From: Parcubacteria group bacterium
Lineage (GTDB): Bacteria > Patescibacteriota > Minisyncoccia > Moranbacterales > UBA11712
Reading direction: 5' to 3'
Assembly (NCBI GenBank): GCA_041659685.1
Contig: JBAZXV010000004.1
Coordinates: 6,355-70,354 of the forward strand
Length of the DNA stretch: 64,000 bases
The notes beneath the pieces were generated by a model. The model did not search any database and was not told where the DNA came from. It was given only the letters and a program-made list of their open reading frames with translations. Position 1 is the first letter of the stretch; each line of letters starts with the position of its first letter. Below are positions 8,680-17,861 of the stretch, piece after piece. Both the position numbers and the translations under genes were made by a program.

Positions 8680-9033
8680 ATGCTTGGAAGGATAAGGAAA
8701 CACAGTGTCAAGATAATTGTCTTTGCTATAAATATTTGTTTGGCCGCAGCTGCGGTTTTTATTATCCGCGAGAAGGATCAGCCCCGTCTTCTTGAGAAAT
8801 TCCAAAAGGATAGCAGCGGCTTAGAGGCTGAAAATTCCGCCAAAATTAATTCCAGCGTGGCAGATGATCCGGGCCAAAACAGTCAGACTGGCGCTGATTC
8901 CGGGGCCGCTGGCGCCGTTGAACCCTCTCCCGATTCAACCGTCGCTAATCCGATTCCTGTCCCTGTTTCCGCTCCGGTTGCGCCGCCGGTCCAAAAACCG
9001 AAACCGTCTAACGCCAAAACCAAAACCTCTTAA
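8680..9033 (+). CDS. membrane-anchored Pro/Ala-rich hypothetical protein
   Basis: 117 aa; N-terminal TM then low-complexity PVPVSAPVAPPVQKPKP tail. Confidence 0.4.
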   Translation: MLGRIRKHSVKIIVFAINICLAAAAVFIIREKDQPRLLEKFQKDSSGLEAENSAKINSSVADDPGQNSQTGADSGAAGAVEPSPDSTVANPIPVPVSAPVAPPVQKPKPSNAKTKTS

Positions 9034-9048
9034 ATTGCTTTTGAAATT

Positions 9049-9981
9049 ATGAATTTATATTCAGAAAAAATAAGCTTTAAAGCTCTGGGAACTGATATTC
9101 AGGCGGAAATAATTTTCGGCGATGCATCAAAAAAAGAAAAAGCGGAATCGGACCTTGAGTCGCTGAAAGATATTTATTTTACCAAACAAAAAATTTTTTG
9201 CCGTTTTTATGGAAAAAGCGAGCTCAACCGTTTGAATTCGAATTTGGGGTCATTTCAGAAGGCCTTGCCCGATATCGTGTATTTGGCCAAGCGGGCTCTT
9301 TTTTATAACAAATTGAGCGGCGGAATGTACGATCCGCGCGTTATTGAAATCCTTGAAAAAATCGGATACAAAAAAGATTTTAAAAAAACCGACTTTTCAA
9401 AAATGGAAATGCCGGAAAATTTTGATGAAATCGCAACACCCTTAAGCGGGGATCTCAAAATCAGGGAGGAAAAATTATTTTTTGCGCGGCGGATGGATTT
9501 CTCCGGCATCGCCAAAGGTTATATCACTGACTGCGCCGCAAAATTTTTGAAAAGCAGGGGCTGGCATGATTTCTTGATTAATTCGGGCGGAGATATGTCG
9601 ATTGCGGGAAAAAACGCCGAAGGGGAAAAATGGAGAATTGAAATTGAAGGCGTGCCGAAAGAAAAAATGATGCTTGAAATATCCGAAAGAGGAATTGCCA
9701 CCTCCGGAATCAGCCGGAAAAAATGGCAAATTAAAGGAAAAAAATTCCATCATCTCGTGAATCCGAAGGATCCGAACAGCTATTCCTATGAAATTCGGAC
9801 TGTTTCCGTAATCGCAAAAAATACGGAAAACGCCGACGGACGGGCAAAAACATTGGTTCTGATGGGGAAGGAAAGAGGAATGAATTTTGCGGAAAAAAAC
9901 GGAATTGCCGCCGTTTTTTTGGATTATAAAGGCGGCATCTTCATCACCCCCGAATCCAAAAAATATCTTGCCTCCACTTAG
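9049..9981 (+). CDS. apbE: FAD:protein FMN transferase (ApbE family)
   Basis: 310 aa; ApbE motifs GIAKGY..D, INSGGDMSIAG, HHLVNPKDP. Confidence 0.8.
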   Translation: MNLYSEKISFKALGTDIQAEIIFGDASKKEKAESDLESLKDIYFTKQKIFCRFYGKSELNRLNSNLGSFQKALPDIVYLAKRALFYNKLSGGMYDPRVIEILEKIGYKKDFKKTDFSKMEMPENFDEIATPLSGDLKIREEKLFFARRMDFSGIAKGYITDCAAKFLKSRGWHDFLINSGGDMSIAGKNAEGEKWRIEIEGVPKEKMMLEISERGIATSGISRKKWQIKGKKFHHLVNPKDPNSYSYEIRTVSVIAKNTENADGRAKTLVLMGKERGMNFAEKNGIAAVFLDYKGGIFITPESKKYLAST

Positions 9982-9996
9982 ACACCGAGTGTCTAA

Positions 9997-10581
9997 GTGA
10001 AAATATATATGGAAAATACACTTGTTATTCCCTGGGGTTGGTATATTATTCGGGCAAGCGCGCTTGTTGGATTTTTTCTGCTCTATATTTCCATTTTTGT
10101 CGGATCCGTTTCCTGTCTTCCTAGAATCCGAAAATATTTTTTACGCCTTCGCAGTCTCAATGTGCATTGCTGGATCTCTGTTCAGGCCCTTATTTTCGTC
10201 GTTATCCATGGCACCGCCCTTTTTTTTCATCAATATATTAATTTTAATCTCGCAGATATTTTAATTCCCTTTCATTCAGGCTTTGAACCCGTTCTTGTCG
10301 GATTGGGGACGGTGGGATTTTATCTCATGATTCTTTTGATCGCCACATCATACGCCCGAAGACATATTTCTGAGAAATTTTGGCGGACTATTCACTATTT
10401 GAATCTCGGATTGTATATTGCGGTAATAATCCATGCGTTGTATCTTGGAACAGACCTTGGGAGCGGAATTATTCGGGAAACATTTATTTGGGCAAACGGA
10501 TTTTTAATCTTGCTGCTGGCTTTTAACATGATTTATCGAATTTGGTCAAAAAATAAAAACATTCAATGCCAGGGCGGTTAG
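9997..10581 (+). CDS. polytopic membrane protein with conserved His pairs (possible ferric-reductase/MsrQ-like heme-binding domain)
   Basis: 194 aa, 5-6 TM helices, His in TM helices (VVIHGTALFFH, IIHALYLG); sits next to apbE. Family assignment is inferred only. Confidence 0.35.
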   Translation: MKIYMENTLVIPWGWYIIRASALVGFFLLYISIFVGSVSCLPRIRKYFLRLRSLNVHCWISVQALIFVVIHGTALFFHQYINFNLADILIPFHSGFEPVLVGLGTVGFYLMILLIATSYARRHISEKFWRTIHYLNLGLYIAVIIHALYLGTDLGSGIIRETFIWANGFLILLLAFNMIYRIWSKNKNIQCQGG

Positions 10582-10616
10582 GGCGGCCCCAACATTGAAT
10601 GTTGTGCGACAGATAT

Positions 10617-10835
10617 ATGAGAATCTACGCCAAGGTGACCCCCAGGGCGGGGAAAAACGAAGTCCTGAAAATTTCAGATGGTGAATATAAAGTGAAGGTC
10701 ACAGCTGTTCCGGAAAAGGGGAAAGCCAACGAGGCGGTGATTAAACTTCTGGCGGATTATTTTGATGTTCCAAAAAGTCTTATAAGCATCATCGGCGGAA
10801 AATCTACTCGAGTGAAACTTATTGAAATCGGATAA
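10617..10835 (+). CDS. yggU: DUF167/YggU family protein
   Basis: MRIYAKVTPRAGKNEV..GEYKVKVTAVPEKGKAN..GKSTRVKLIEI matches the UPF0235 pattern. Confidence 0.75.
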   Translation: MRIYAKVTPRAGKNEVLKISDGEYKVKVTAVPEKGKANEAVIKLLADYFDVPKSLISIIGGKSTRVKLIEIG

Positions 10836-10946
10836 GTAAGATTGAAAACCAACAAACACTAGAGGTGTTGTGAATTTGTGCGCTTGTGGATAACCTCCTC
10901 TTTTTTTGTGCTATACTAAAACCAGCGAAAACCTTCCAAAACCAAA

Positions 10947-11300
10947 ATGTTCTACGAACCTCTCAAGGCAAAAAGATACATTATCATCGGAACTTCGGCT
11001 GTAATTCTGGCTGTTTTGATCGTGGCGATAGTCCCGCTTTTCTTCAAGAATCAGTCTTCATTAAAAAATCCCGCTACTGATCTGTCTCCCGAGGCCAAGC
11101 GGGAGCAGGAAAAAATCCAAAAAGAATTCGATAAACTGGAGGCGATGCGGAGAAATCAGGACGTAAAAGAATCAACCCCTGAACAGATTCAGCAAGAATT
11201 CGACTCTCTCGAAAAGCAAAGAGCCGAATCCAGCGCTACCCAGCCGACTCCGGAACAAATCCAGACGGAATTTGAGAAGCTTGAACAAATGAGGAAGTAA
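10947..11300 (+). CDS. membrane-anchored hypothetical protein with three tandem ~20-aa repeats (PEQIQxEFDxLEKQR)
   Basis: N-terminal TM; internal repeats visible in the translation; an extended -10 (tgtgcTATACT) lies upstream. Confidence 0.45.
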   Translation: MFYEPLKAKRYIIIGTSAVILAVLIVAIVPLFFKNQSSLKNPATDLSPEAKREQEKIQKEFDKLEAMRRNQDVKESTPEQIQQEFDSLEKQRAESSATQPTPEQIQTEFEKLEQMRK

Positions 11301-11403
11301 AAAATTAATTTTCAATAATATGGAACACAAAATTTATCCCATTAGACATCTCGCTTAACTAATATAAATTCTTGATATATAATCTAATTCTTAAAATAAA
11401 AAT

Positions 11404-11913
11404 ATGTCTAACAGGATTAAAAAAGCTTTCGAAAACGCCGTCTGGTGGTCGGGCGTGGTCACAGTCGGACTGATTCTCGGTATATCCCTTCAATTTGTGA
11501 GAGCCTGGACCGAACCGACGGATGTTCCTCCCAACGGCAACGTCGGCGCGCCGCTGAATACCAGTGCGGTTTCTCAAATCAAAAACGGAATTTTGGGCGT
11601 TCTGGGAATATCGACTTCGTATATTAATGTTCCGGGTCTTACTCCGGTGGCTGGAAATGTTCTAATCGCCCAGAATGCCTCCGGCCAGGTGGCTTGGGCG
11701 GCGGGAGGAGGGTGTTACGTGTCATATTCTGGCGGTTGTCTCTCGGGGTTTGTCAATAAGGGTTCTGCCGGTAAGTGGGGACGTTGCGGTGGCTCTGACA
11801 ACTACGCTTCATATTACGATCGCGCCGCCTATTTTAATCCGCCGGGTGGCGCATGTCCCAGTGCGTGGGGTTTTAAGAATCTTGGCGAAGCTTATGTTTG
11901 CTGTCAGCAATAG
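11404..11913 (+). CDS. orphan member of the 'AW(T/V)EPS..PPxGN..APINT' signal-anchored Cys-rich protein family (family A)
   Basis: N-terminus ...VVTVGLILGISLQFVRAWTEPTDVPPNGNVGAPLNTS is the same module as the A genes at 50-58 kb; the C-terminus is Cys-rich (8 Cys). Confidence 0.6.
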   Translation: MSNRIKKAFENAVWWSGVVTVGLILGISLQFVRAWTEPTDVPPNGNVGAPLNTSAVSQIKNGILGVLGISTSYINVPGLTPVAGNVLIAQNASGQVAWAAGGGCYVSYSGGCLSGFVNKGSAGKWGRCGGSDNYASYYDRAAYFNPPGGACPSAWGFKNLGEAYVCCQQ

Positions 11914-11990
11914 GTTTTCCATGCGCGGTTTGTGCAAGATGATAATCGCTTCCAGACTAACCCAAAACTAAATGTCTGGTCGAAATAATA

Positions 11991-12018
11991 AAAAAGCGGG
12001 TTTCGGTCCGCTTTTTTT
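11991..12018 (+). terminator. rho-independent terminator, followed by an extended -10 TGgTATAAT (12018-12026) giving a near-leaderless comEC
   Basis: aaaaagcgggtttcggtccgcttttttt; then tggtataat, with the GTG of comEC 7 nt further on. Confidence 0.6.
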
Positions 12019-12032
12019 GGTATAATGATTGC

Positions 12033-13637
12033 GTGAGCAAACTTGCCCCGTTAGAAAATTCTTCAAAACAATCATATCAATTTCGCGAAGTCGAAAATTT
12101 TTCAGGCGAAAAAAAAGAACCGAAGGGAGGTTTTTTGACGGGGTCTAAGATATTTTTCATATTGTCTCTTTGCTTTTTAATCGGAATTTTTTTGGCGTCC
12201 TTTTTTAGAATTGAAAAATATTTTGTTTTGATTCTTGTTGTTGCGGGGATAACTCTGTTTGTCATAAATTATAAAAACAAGAGAATGATAGTCGCGAGTG
12301 CGGCAGTTTTGTTTTTGGCGCTCGGAATTTGGCGGACAAATATATCGCTCGATTTGGCGAGAAGTAACTTAAGCAATCAAAAACTGGGGCCGGTTGAATT
12401 TTCCGGAATAGTGTCAAAGGAGCCGGAAACGGATGAAAAATATCAAAAGATCATTGTCGAGGGCGAGGAAAGAAACAAAATACTCATAAATTCAGATATT
12501 TATCCGGAGTATCAATATGGAGATCAGCTGAAAATTCAATGCAACTTGGAGGAGCCGAAAAATTATGAAGATTCAAATTTTGACTATCAAATGTATTTGG
12601 CAAAAGATGGAATATACCGGATTTGCAAAAAAGCGCAGATAGCCGCAGTCGCCAAAAACAGGGGAAACAGATTCTACGCGGCAGTTTTGGCCGCCAAAAA
12701 CAAATTTGAGGAAAGAGTTTCCGCGATTTTTCCCGATCCGGAAGGGGCATATCTCAAGGGGCTCATTCTTGGCGGGAGCAAGCGGATGACAAAAGATCTC
12801 AGTGACGCTTTTTCGAAAACAGGGACAACACATACGGTTGCGGTTTCGGGATATAACGTTACAATTATCGCCGCGTTTCTCATGTGGCTGGGAATCGCTT
12901 TCGGACTTTGGCGCCAGCAGGTTTTTTCTTTTGCGGTGCTTGGCATCGTTTTGTTTGTTTTGATGACGGGTGCGCCATCGTCGGCGGTGAGAGCGGGGAT
13001 TATGGGAGCACTTGTCATCTGGGCGATGAAGGAGGGGAGGCTGGCCAACTCCCAAAATGCGATTCTCTTTGCGGCCGCGGCAATGCTTGCGATAAATCCA
13101 CTCCTGCTCCGCTATGATGCGGGATTTCAGCTTTCATTTCTTGCGACTCTGGGAATCGTTTATCTCTCTCCCCTTCTCGAAAATTTTTTTTGGCGGGGGA
13201 GGGCCCCGAAGTTCATTCAGGAAACCGTCATTCTCACAATGGCCGCAACAATTTTCGTTTTGCCCGTGATTATGAACTCCTTTGAAAAAATTTCTTTGGT
13301 CTCCCCTGCCGCCAATTTTGTGATTTTACCGGCGATTCCGTATATAATGGGGACAGGATTCGCGGCGGGGGTAATCGGATTTATGTTCGTTCCGCTTGGG
13401 AAGCTTATTGGCTTTGTTCCCTATGTCCTTCTCAAATTTGAAATAGCGGCGGTTCAATGGCTGGCAAATCTTTCCTGGGCTTCGGTTGAAATAAAAAATT
13501 TCGATTGGAAATGGATAACGGTCTATTATGTTCTGCTCTTTGCCCTGATTTTCTATTTCAGACTCAGGCAAAAAGAGCGCAATAATAATATTGAAAAAAA
13601 TATAACCGATCAGCACTCTCTGCTACCATTACAATGA
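12033..13637 (+). CDS. comEC: ComEC/Rec2 competence channel protein, N-terminal (DUF4131 + competence domain) part; GTG start
   Basis: 534 aa polytopic membrane protein; ComEC motifs HTVAVSGYNVTIIAAF, LSFLATLGIV; no MBL domain in this ORF. Confidence 0.8.
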   Translation: MSKLAPLENSSKQSYQFREVENFSGEKKEPKGGFLTGSKIFFILSLCFLIGIFLASFFRIEKYFVLILVVAGITLFVINYKNKRMIVASAAVLFLALGIWRTNISLDLARSNLSNQKLGPVEFSGIVSKEPETDEKYQKIIVEGEERNKILINSDIYPEYQYGDQLKIQCNLEEPKNYEDSNFDYQMYLAKDGIYRICKKAQIAAVAKNRGNRFYAAVLAAKNKFEERVSAIFPDPEGAYLKGLILGGSKRMTKDLSDAFSKTGTTHTVAVSGYNVTIIAAFLMWLGIAFGLWRQQVFSFAVLGIVLFVLMTGAPSSAVRAGIMGALVIWAMKEGRLANSQNAILFAAAAMLAINPLLLRYDAGFQLSFLATLGIVYLSPLLENFFWRGRAPKFIQETVILTMAATIFVLPVIMNSFEKISLVSPAANFVILPAIPYIMGTGFAAGVIGFMFVPLGKLIGFVPYVLLKFEIAAVQWLANLSWASVEIKNFDWKWITVYYVLLFALIFYFRLRQKERNNNIEKNITDQHSLLPLQ

Positions 13638-13659
13638 TGGAAGTAAATGCCCTATTTAT

Positions 13660-13743
13660 CCCCCTTTGCAGAAAACCAAGAGCGAAAGCTCGTCTTATGA
13701 ATGCTTCCTTTTCTGCTTCGGGGGATTCCGCCTCCCCGAAGGA
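13660..13743. repeat. small structured element, copy (a) of the 'CYTTTGCRGAAAAC' family, plus an adjacent 8-bp hairpin
   Basis: ccccctttgcagaaaa...gagc-gaaa-gctc...ttttctgcttcggggg (outer stem plus inner GNRA hairpin), then cttcgggg-gattccgcct-ccccgaag. Similar copies at 16136, 21986, 31288 and 45161. Confidence 0.45.
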
Positions 13744-14128
13744 ACAGATGGATACCCTGTGTGCAAATTCGGGGAACTTCATATTTTATAGAAAAAGAAA
13801 ACGCCGGCCGCGGTTGGCGGAAAATGAACCGGTTGGAAGGATAGTTATATGCCAGGGAAAAATTTAGGCGCCTGATCCCTGCTCTCTGTCCAGCAATGCA
13901 ACGCCCTCAGAGAAAAATTTTTCATGACCCTGAGGTGGGAAATAATGTCGGGATGCAGCCCTTCAAAACCGGACATCCATCCCGGCTTCTCGAGGAGTTG
14001 AAGAAGGCAAACCGCTATTGGAATTTTTCTGGTGACGTTGCGGGTGTTTGCGGCGCAGATATAGCTTACCTCCTTGGGATACGGTTATATGATTAAATTT
14101 CTTTTATCATTTATTAAAAAAATAGCCA
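13744..14128. other. ~390-nt non-coding spacer between the comEC halves; candidate structured RNA
   Basis: No credible ORF; hairpin cctcag..ctgagg; segments weakly resembling RNase P RNA (gaaggcaaaccgctattgg vs E. coli gagagcaaaccgccgatgg). Not confirmed. Confidence 0.15.
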
Positions 14129-15004
14129 ATGAAGCAGAGAAAAATTTATTATATGTTTTTGGCGGCGCTATTACTGACATTTCTTTATTTCTCTTACCAA
14201 ATAACCGCAGGGACTAAGCCCCTCCGAGTCATCTTTCTGGATGTTGGCCAGGGGGACTCGATTCTGATTCAAAAGGGAATAAAGCAAATTTTGATCGACG
14301 GCGGCCCGAGCGGAAAAAGGGAGCTTTCTGAAATCGGAAAATATATTCCTTTCTTTGACCGCGAAATTGAACTTGTTATCGCGACGCATCCGGACAAGGA
14401 TCATATTGCGGGACTAATTGATGTTGCGAGGAATTATAAGATTGATCAGGTGCTTCTCACCGGAGCCGAAAAAGATACGGATGTTTTCAAAGAATGGAAG
14501 GATGTGCTTTCATTCAATAAGGTGAACGAGCTGGAAGCCTGGCGCGGAACAGAAATAAAATTCGATGGAATTGATATGAAAATAATTTCCCCGCCCGGGA
14601 GAGTTGATTCGGATGCCGGTGATGCAAACAATTCTTCAATTGTCACCCGCCTTGATTGGGGAGAGAATTCATTTTTGTTTACCGGCGACATCGAATCGGG
14701 AGCGGAAAATGAGATTCTTGAGAGCCTGTCTGCCGGCGAGGCAGGCGGGAGCAGCATAGATGTTGATATTTTAAAAGTCGCTCATCACGGCTCGAAGCAT
14801 TCATCAAGCGAAGCGTTTCTCGACGCGGCCAGCCCTGAGGAAGCGGTTATTTCCGTCGGCGCGAATAATTCCTACGGCCATCCGACGAACGAAGTTTTAG
14901 AGGCGCTCCGAAAAAGAAATATCCGAACATTGAGGACAGACGAGAAGGGCGATATAATCTATAAATGCAAAAATGAAAACGAAAAATGCGAAGTCGCGGA
15001 TTAA
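14129..15004 (+). CDS. ComEC-related metallo-beta-lactamase-fold protein (separate ORF with its own signal anchor)
   Basis: MBL motifs VIFLDVGQGDSILIQ, HPDKDHIAGL, VAHHGSKHSSS; N-terminal TM helix. Confidence 0.8.
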   Translation: MKQRKIYYMFLAALLLTFLYFSYQITAGTKPLRVIFLDVGQGDSILIQKGIKQILIDGGPSGKRELSEIGKYIPFFDREIELVIATHPDKDHIAGLIDVARNYKIDQVLLTGAEKDTDVFKEWKDVLSFNKVNELEAWRGTEIKFDGIDMKIISPPGRVDSDAGDANNSSIVTRLDWGENSFLFTGDIESGAENEILESLSAGEAGGSSIDVDILKVAHHGSKHSSSEAFLDAASPEEAVISVGANNSYGHPTNEVLEALRKRNIRTLRTDEKGDIIYKCKNENEKCEVAD

Positions 15005-15052
15005 ATTTTTAATCTCCGCCAAAGGCGGGTCAGCTTCGGGCTGAAATTTTCA

Positions 15053-16084
15053 ATGATCAAATTTTCAATTCTCAAGAACAGGCTTTTGATTATATTTTTT
15101 GGCATGACGCTTGTCTTTCTCGCGGCGGCTTTACTGGTCTTTCTTAATCGTGAAAATGGAAAAGATTTTTCATCCGAAAAAATATTGCCGAATGATCCGG
15201 CCAAAAGCGGTGGCAGAAATATGGAAGAAAAAGTTTTTCCCAGGCATCCGATTAAACTCCTTTTCGCCGGAGATATGATGTTTGACCGCTATATTCGGGA
15301 AGCGGCGGGAAAATATGGGCGCGGCGACTACGCCTATGCATTGGAACCGCTCAAAAATGAATTGGCCCGGTATGACCTTGTTGTCGGAAATCTCGAAGGG
15401 CCCATTACGAAAAATGAATCAGTGAGTCAGGATTCGGCAATGGATGAAAAGAAAAATCTGATTTTCACTTTCGATCCGGCTGTGGCAAATGTTCTCTCTG
15501 AAAATAATATTAAGACGGTCAGTCTTGGAAATAACCATATCCTGAATCAGGGAGAGGCAGGCGTTGAGCAGACAAAAAAATATCTGGACGAAGCGGGGAT
15601 TAAATATTTCGGAGACACGGGGACTGAAGAAAATGAATCTATTTCCCAGACGGTCGGAGGAACAAAGATTGCATTGATAAACTATAACTATTCAATTCCC
15701 GGGTCTTCAGAAAAAGCTATCGGCGACATAAAAAAGGCCAGAGGACAATCGGACATCATTATCGTTTATCCTCATTGGGGCACGGAATATGAAATCGGCG
15801 ACCCGGGAGAATCGGTTCGCTTTCTTGCCCGGCGCTTCATCGATGCAGGCGCGGATGCCGTGATCGGCACCCATCCCCACGTCATTCAATCGAGCGAAAC
15901 ATACGAAGGCAAAAAAATTTATTATTCTCTTGGCAACTTTATTTTTGACCAATACTTCCAAAAAGAGACAATGGAGGGACTTGGAGTCGAAATTGCGGTT
16001 CAGCCTGATCTCAAGATGGAATATTTCGAAAAAAAATTTGTAATGAATAGGAAGGGGCAGACCGAATTAAGGTCTGAAAAATAA
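15053..16084 (+). CDS. capA: CapA/PgsA-family metallophosphoesterase (poly-gamma-glutamate capsule synthesis family)
   Basis: LLFAGDMMFDR, VVGNLEGPIT, SLGNNHILNQG, YPHWGTEYE, GTHPHVIQ motifs; N-terminal TM. Confidence 0.8.
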   Translation: MIKFSILKNRLLIIFFGMTLVFLAAALLVFLNRENGKDFSSEKILPNDPAKSGGRNMEEKVFPRHPIKLLFAGDMMFDRYIREAAGKYGRGDYAYALEPLKNELARYDLVVGNLEGPITKNESVSQDSAMDEKKNLIFTFDPAVANVLSENNIKTVSLGNNHILNQGEAGVEQTKKYLDEAGIKYFGDTGTEENESISQTVGGTKIALINYNYSIPGSSEKAIGDIKKARGQSDIIIVYPHWGTEYEIGDPGESVRFLARRFIDAGADAVIGTHPHVIQSSETYEGKKIYYSLGNFIFDQYFQKETMEGLGVEIAVQPDLKMEYFEKKFVMNRKGQTELRSEK

Positions 16085-16135
16085 AATGTAAAAGCGGCGG
16101 AAAAAATAAAAGCTTTTACTTTTTATCAAAAGCTT

Positions 16136-16180
16136 CGCCCCCCTTTGCAGAAAACCAAAAGCGTAAGATCAGGGAGCTCT
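16136..16180. repeat. partial copy (b) of the CYTTTGCRGAAAAC element
   Basis: cccctttgcagaaaaccaaaagcgtaagatcaggg; first ~32 nt match copy (a). Confidence 0.35.
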
Positions 16181-16184
16181 AATT

Positions 16185-16775
16185 TTGATTATGGCTTTCA
16201 GGCAAATAACAATGACTGCTAAACCTGTCTCTTCCTACATATTCATAATTTGGGTGATATTTTTCCTGTCACTTGGGAATGGATACTTGACGGCCTTAAA
16301 ATATCCCAACGAGAGCCGCCAGGCTGTCGAACAGCTTTTTTCCGGCCTTGATTTTGCAAGAAGCCTGAATACTTTCTATCTTTTTATTTTTATTTTCCTC
16401 AATAATTCCGTTAAGGCTTTTTTTGTAGTTCTCACCGGTTTCCTTTTTGGAATTGTGCCGATTTTTTTCGTGTTCTCAAACGCTAATTTAATCGGGCTTG
16501 TAGTGGCTGTTCTTGGAGCGCGGGAAGGCTTCCTTCGCGTAGCCCTAAGCCTTCTTCCTCACGGAATAATAGAGATTCCGGCGATATTGATTGCTTCCGG
16601 ATATGGTTTGTGGCTGGGAGTGAGATTTTACCGGACAATAAGATACGGGGAGCCGTTCAAAGAAGCCTTTGTTTATTCAATAAAAAGATACTTCAAAATT
16701 GTCGTCCCTTTGCTTTTTGTCGCCGCCTTTATTGAGGCTTATATAACGTCTTATTTGGTAAGCAAGGGATTATAG
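16185..16775 (+). CDS. SpoIIM/DUF95-family membrane protein (TTG start per track; ATG at 16191)
   Basis: Polytopic; LSLLPHGIIEIPAILIASGYGLWLG motif typical of stage II sporulation protein M-like proteins. Confidence 0.6.
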   Translation: MIMAFRQITMTAKPVSSYIFIIWVIFFLSLGNGYLTALKYPNESRQAVEQLFSGLDFARSLNTFYLFIFIFLNNSVKAFFVVLTGFLFGIVPIFFVFSNANLIGLVVAVLGAREGFLRVALSLLPHGIIEIPAILIASGYGLWLGVRFYRTIRYGEPFKEAFVYSIKRYFKIVVPLLFVAAFIEAYITSYLVSKGL

Positions 16776-16910
16776 ACAGAAATATTTCCGGGGTCTTATT
16801 GACACAGGTCTTTTTTTATGATAAAATAACATATTGCTCTGTCGCCATCGCGCGCGCAGGCAATTTTAGAAGAAAATAACTTAAAAAAAGAATAAGGAAG
16901 GGTGAAAAAG

Positions 16911-17504
16911 ATGAGGAATGGCTCAGGAAACAAGCGGCAATACGATGCCCTAAGGACGATTATTTTAGTTATCGGTGCCTTAGCATTATTTTTTACAATT
17001 GGTTTCCTGTATGGAGAGCGGGAAACGCTGAGATCCGTTAAGCTGGCGAACGAAGCCCGACGCCATTCCACCTTCGCGGTGGTGACCTGGCAAAAAACGG
17101 CTGTGGATTCGAGGGTTGAAGAGTGCGAGCGTATGATTGAAGACCTTCTTTTCGAGGAGGAAATCATAACGGCCGGCCTCCAGGATTTATTCCGTAATTT
17201 CAACTACCAGCCAAACCTCAAGATCTGGTGGAACAGGAAACGAGTCAGACCCGGGACTGCTGTCCTCATCTATAACGAAGCCGATCTCCCAAGTGACTTC
17301 ACGGAGAAAGGTAAGCCCGAATTTATCCTGCCTCACAACGCCAAGAAAGGTGATGTAGTAATGCTTCTTGGCGAAAAGGATGGCGTGGTGAGGGTTTATT
17401 TTCCGACCGGTGATTTTGCCGGCAAGATCGGAACCTTCGAGCCCTCGAGAAGATTTGATCGCCAAGGCGCGTTGGTCTACCGAGAAATCGGTTTCACGGC
17501 ATAG
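16911..17504 (+). CDS. membrane-anchored hypothetical protein
   Basis: RBS aaggaagg 9 nt upstream; N-terminal TM; no family recognised. Confidence 0.45.
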   Translation: MRNGSGNKRQYDALRTIILVIGALALFFTIGFLYGERETLRSVKLANEARRHSTFAVVTWQKTAVDSRVEECERMIEDLLFEEEIITAGLQDLFRNFNYQPNLKIWWNRKRVRPGTAVLIYNEADLPSDFTEKGKPEFILPHNAKKGDVVMLLGEKDGVVRVYFPTGDFAGKIGTFEPSRRFDRQGALVYREIGFTA

Positions 17505-17663
17505 GTGGGATTATCCGATAATATCAATCTTCGCCTTTGCTGCTGGTATAGCTATCGCCGCCTTCGATTAACTTGTGCTGAATATCAGCGCGGCGATCGC
17601 AAGTTGGCTGCGTCCTTTCTTCTAGATCTGCCCCCCCGCGCCGCGTCGCGCGGAGGGGACACA

Positions 17664-17698
17664 AAAACCGGCCACGTTGTGCTTCACAGGCCGGTTTT
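17664..17698. terminator. bidirectional rho-independent terminator
   Basis: aaaaccggcc-acgttgtgcttcaca-ggccggtttt; A-run before and T-run after. Confidence 0.7.
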
Positions 17699-17861
17699 CA
17701 ATTTGATAAATTTCAAAAACTTAGGCGGATTTGCCCAAAAAGTATTTCTTTGTTAATATATCAACAAGCTCAGGGGCTTTATTTTTTTATCAAGTGAAAT
17801 AATTAATCCAAATTGGTTTTTTTTATTACCTCGCATTAAGTGCGGGATGATAATGGGCTGA

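Noticed and set aside
13860-14110. Possible RNase P RNA between the comEC halves
   Set aside because: Only short patches resemble M1 RNA (GCAAACCGC; GGUGA..GCGG..GCGCA). The universal P4 strands (GGAAAGUCCGGGCUCC / ACAGAAACCGGCUUA) are not convincingly present, and there is not enough room (~390 nt, partly occupied by other hairpins). It is kept only as a candidate ncRNA region.
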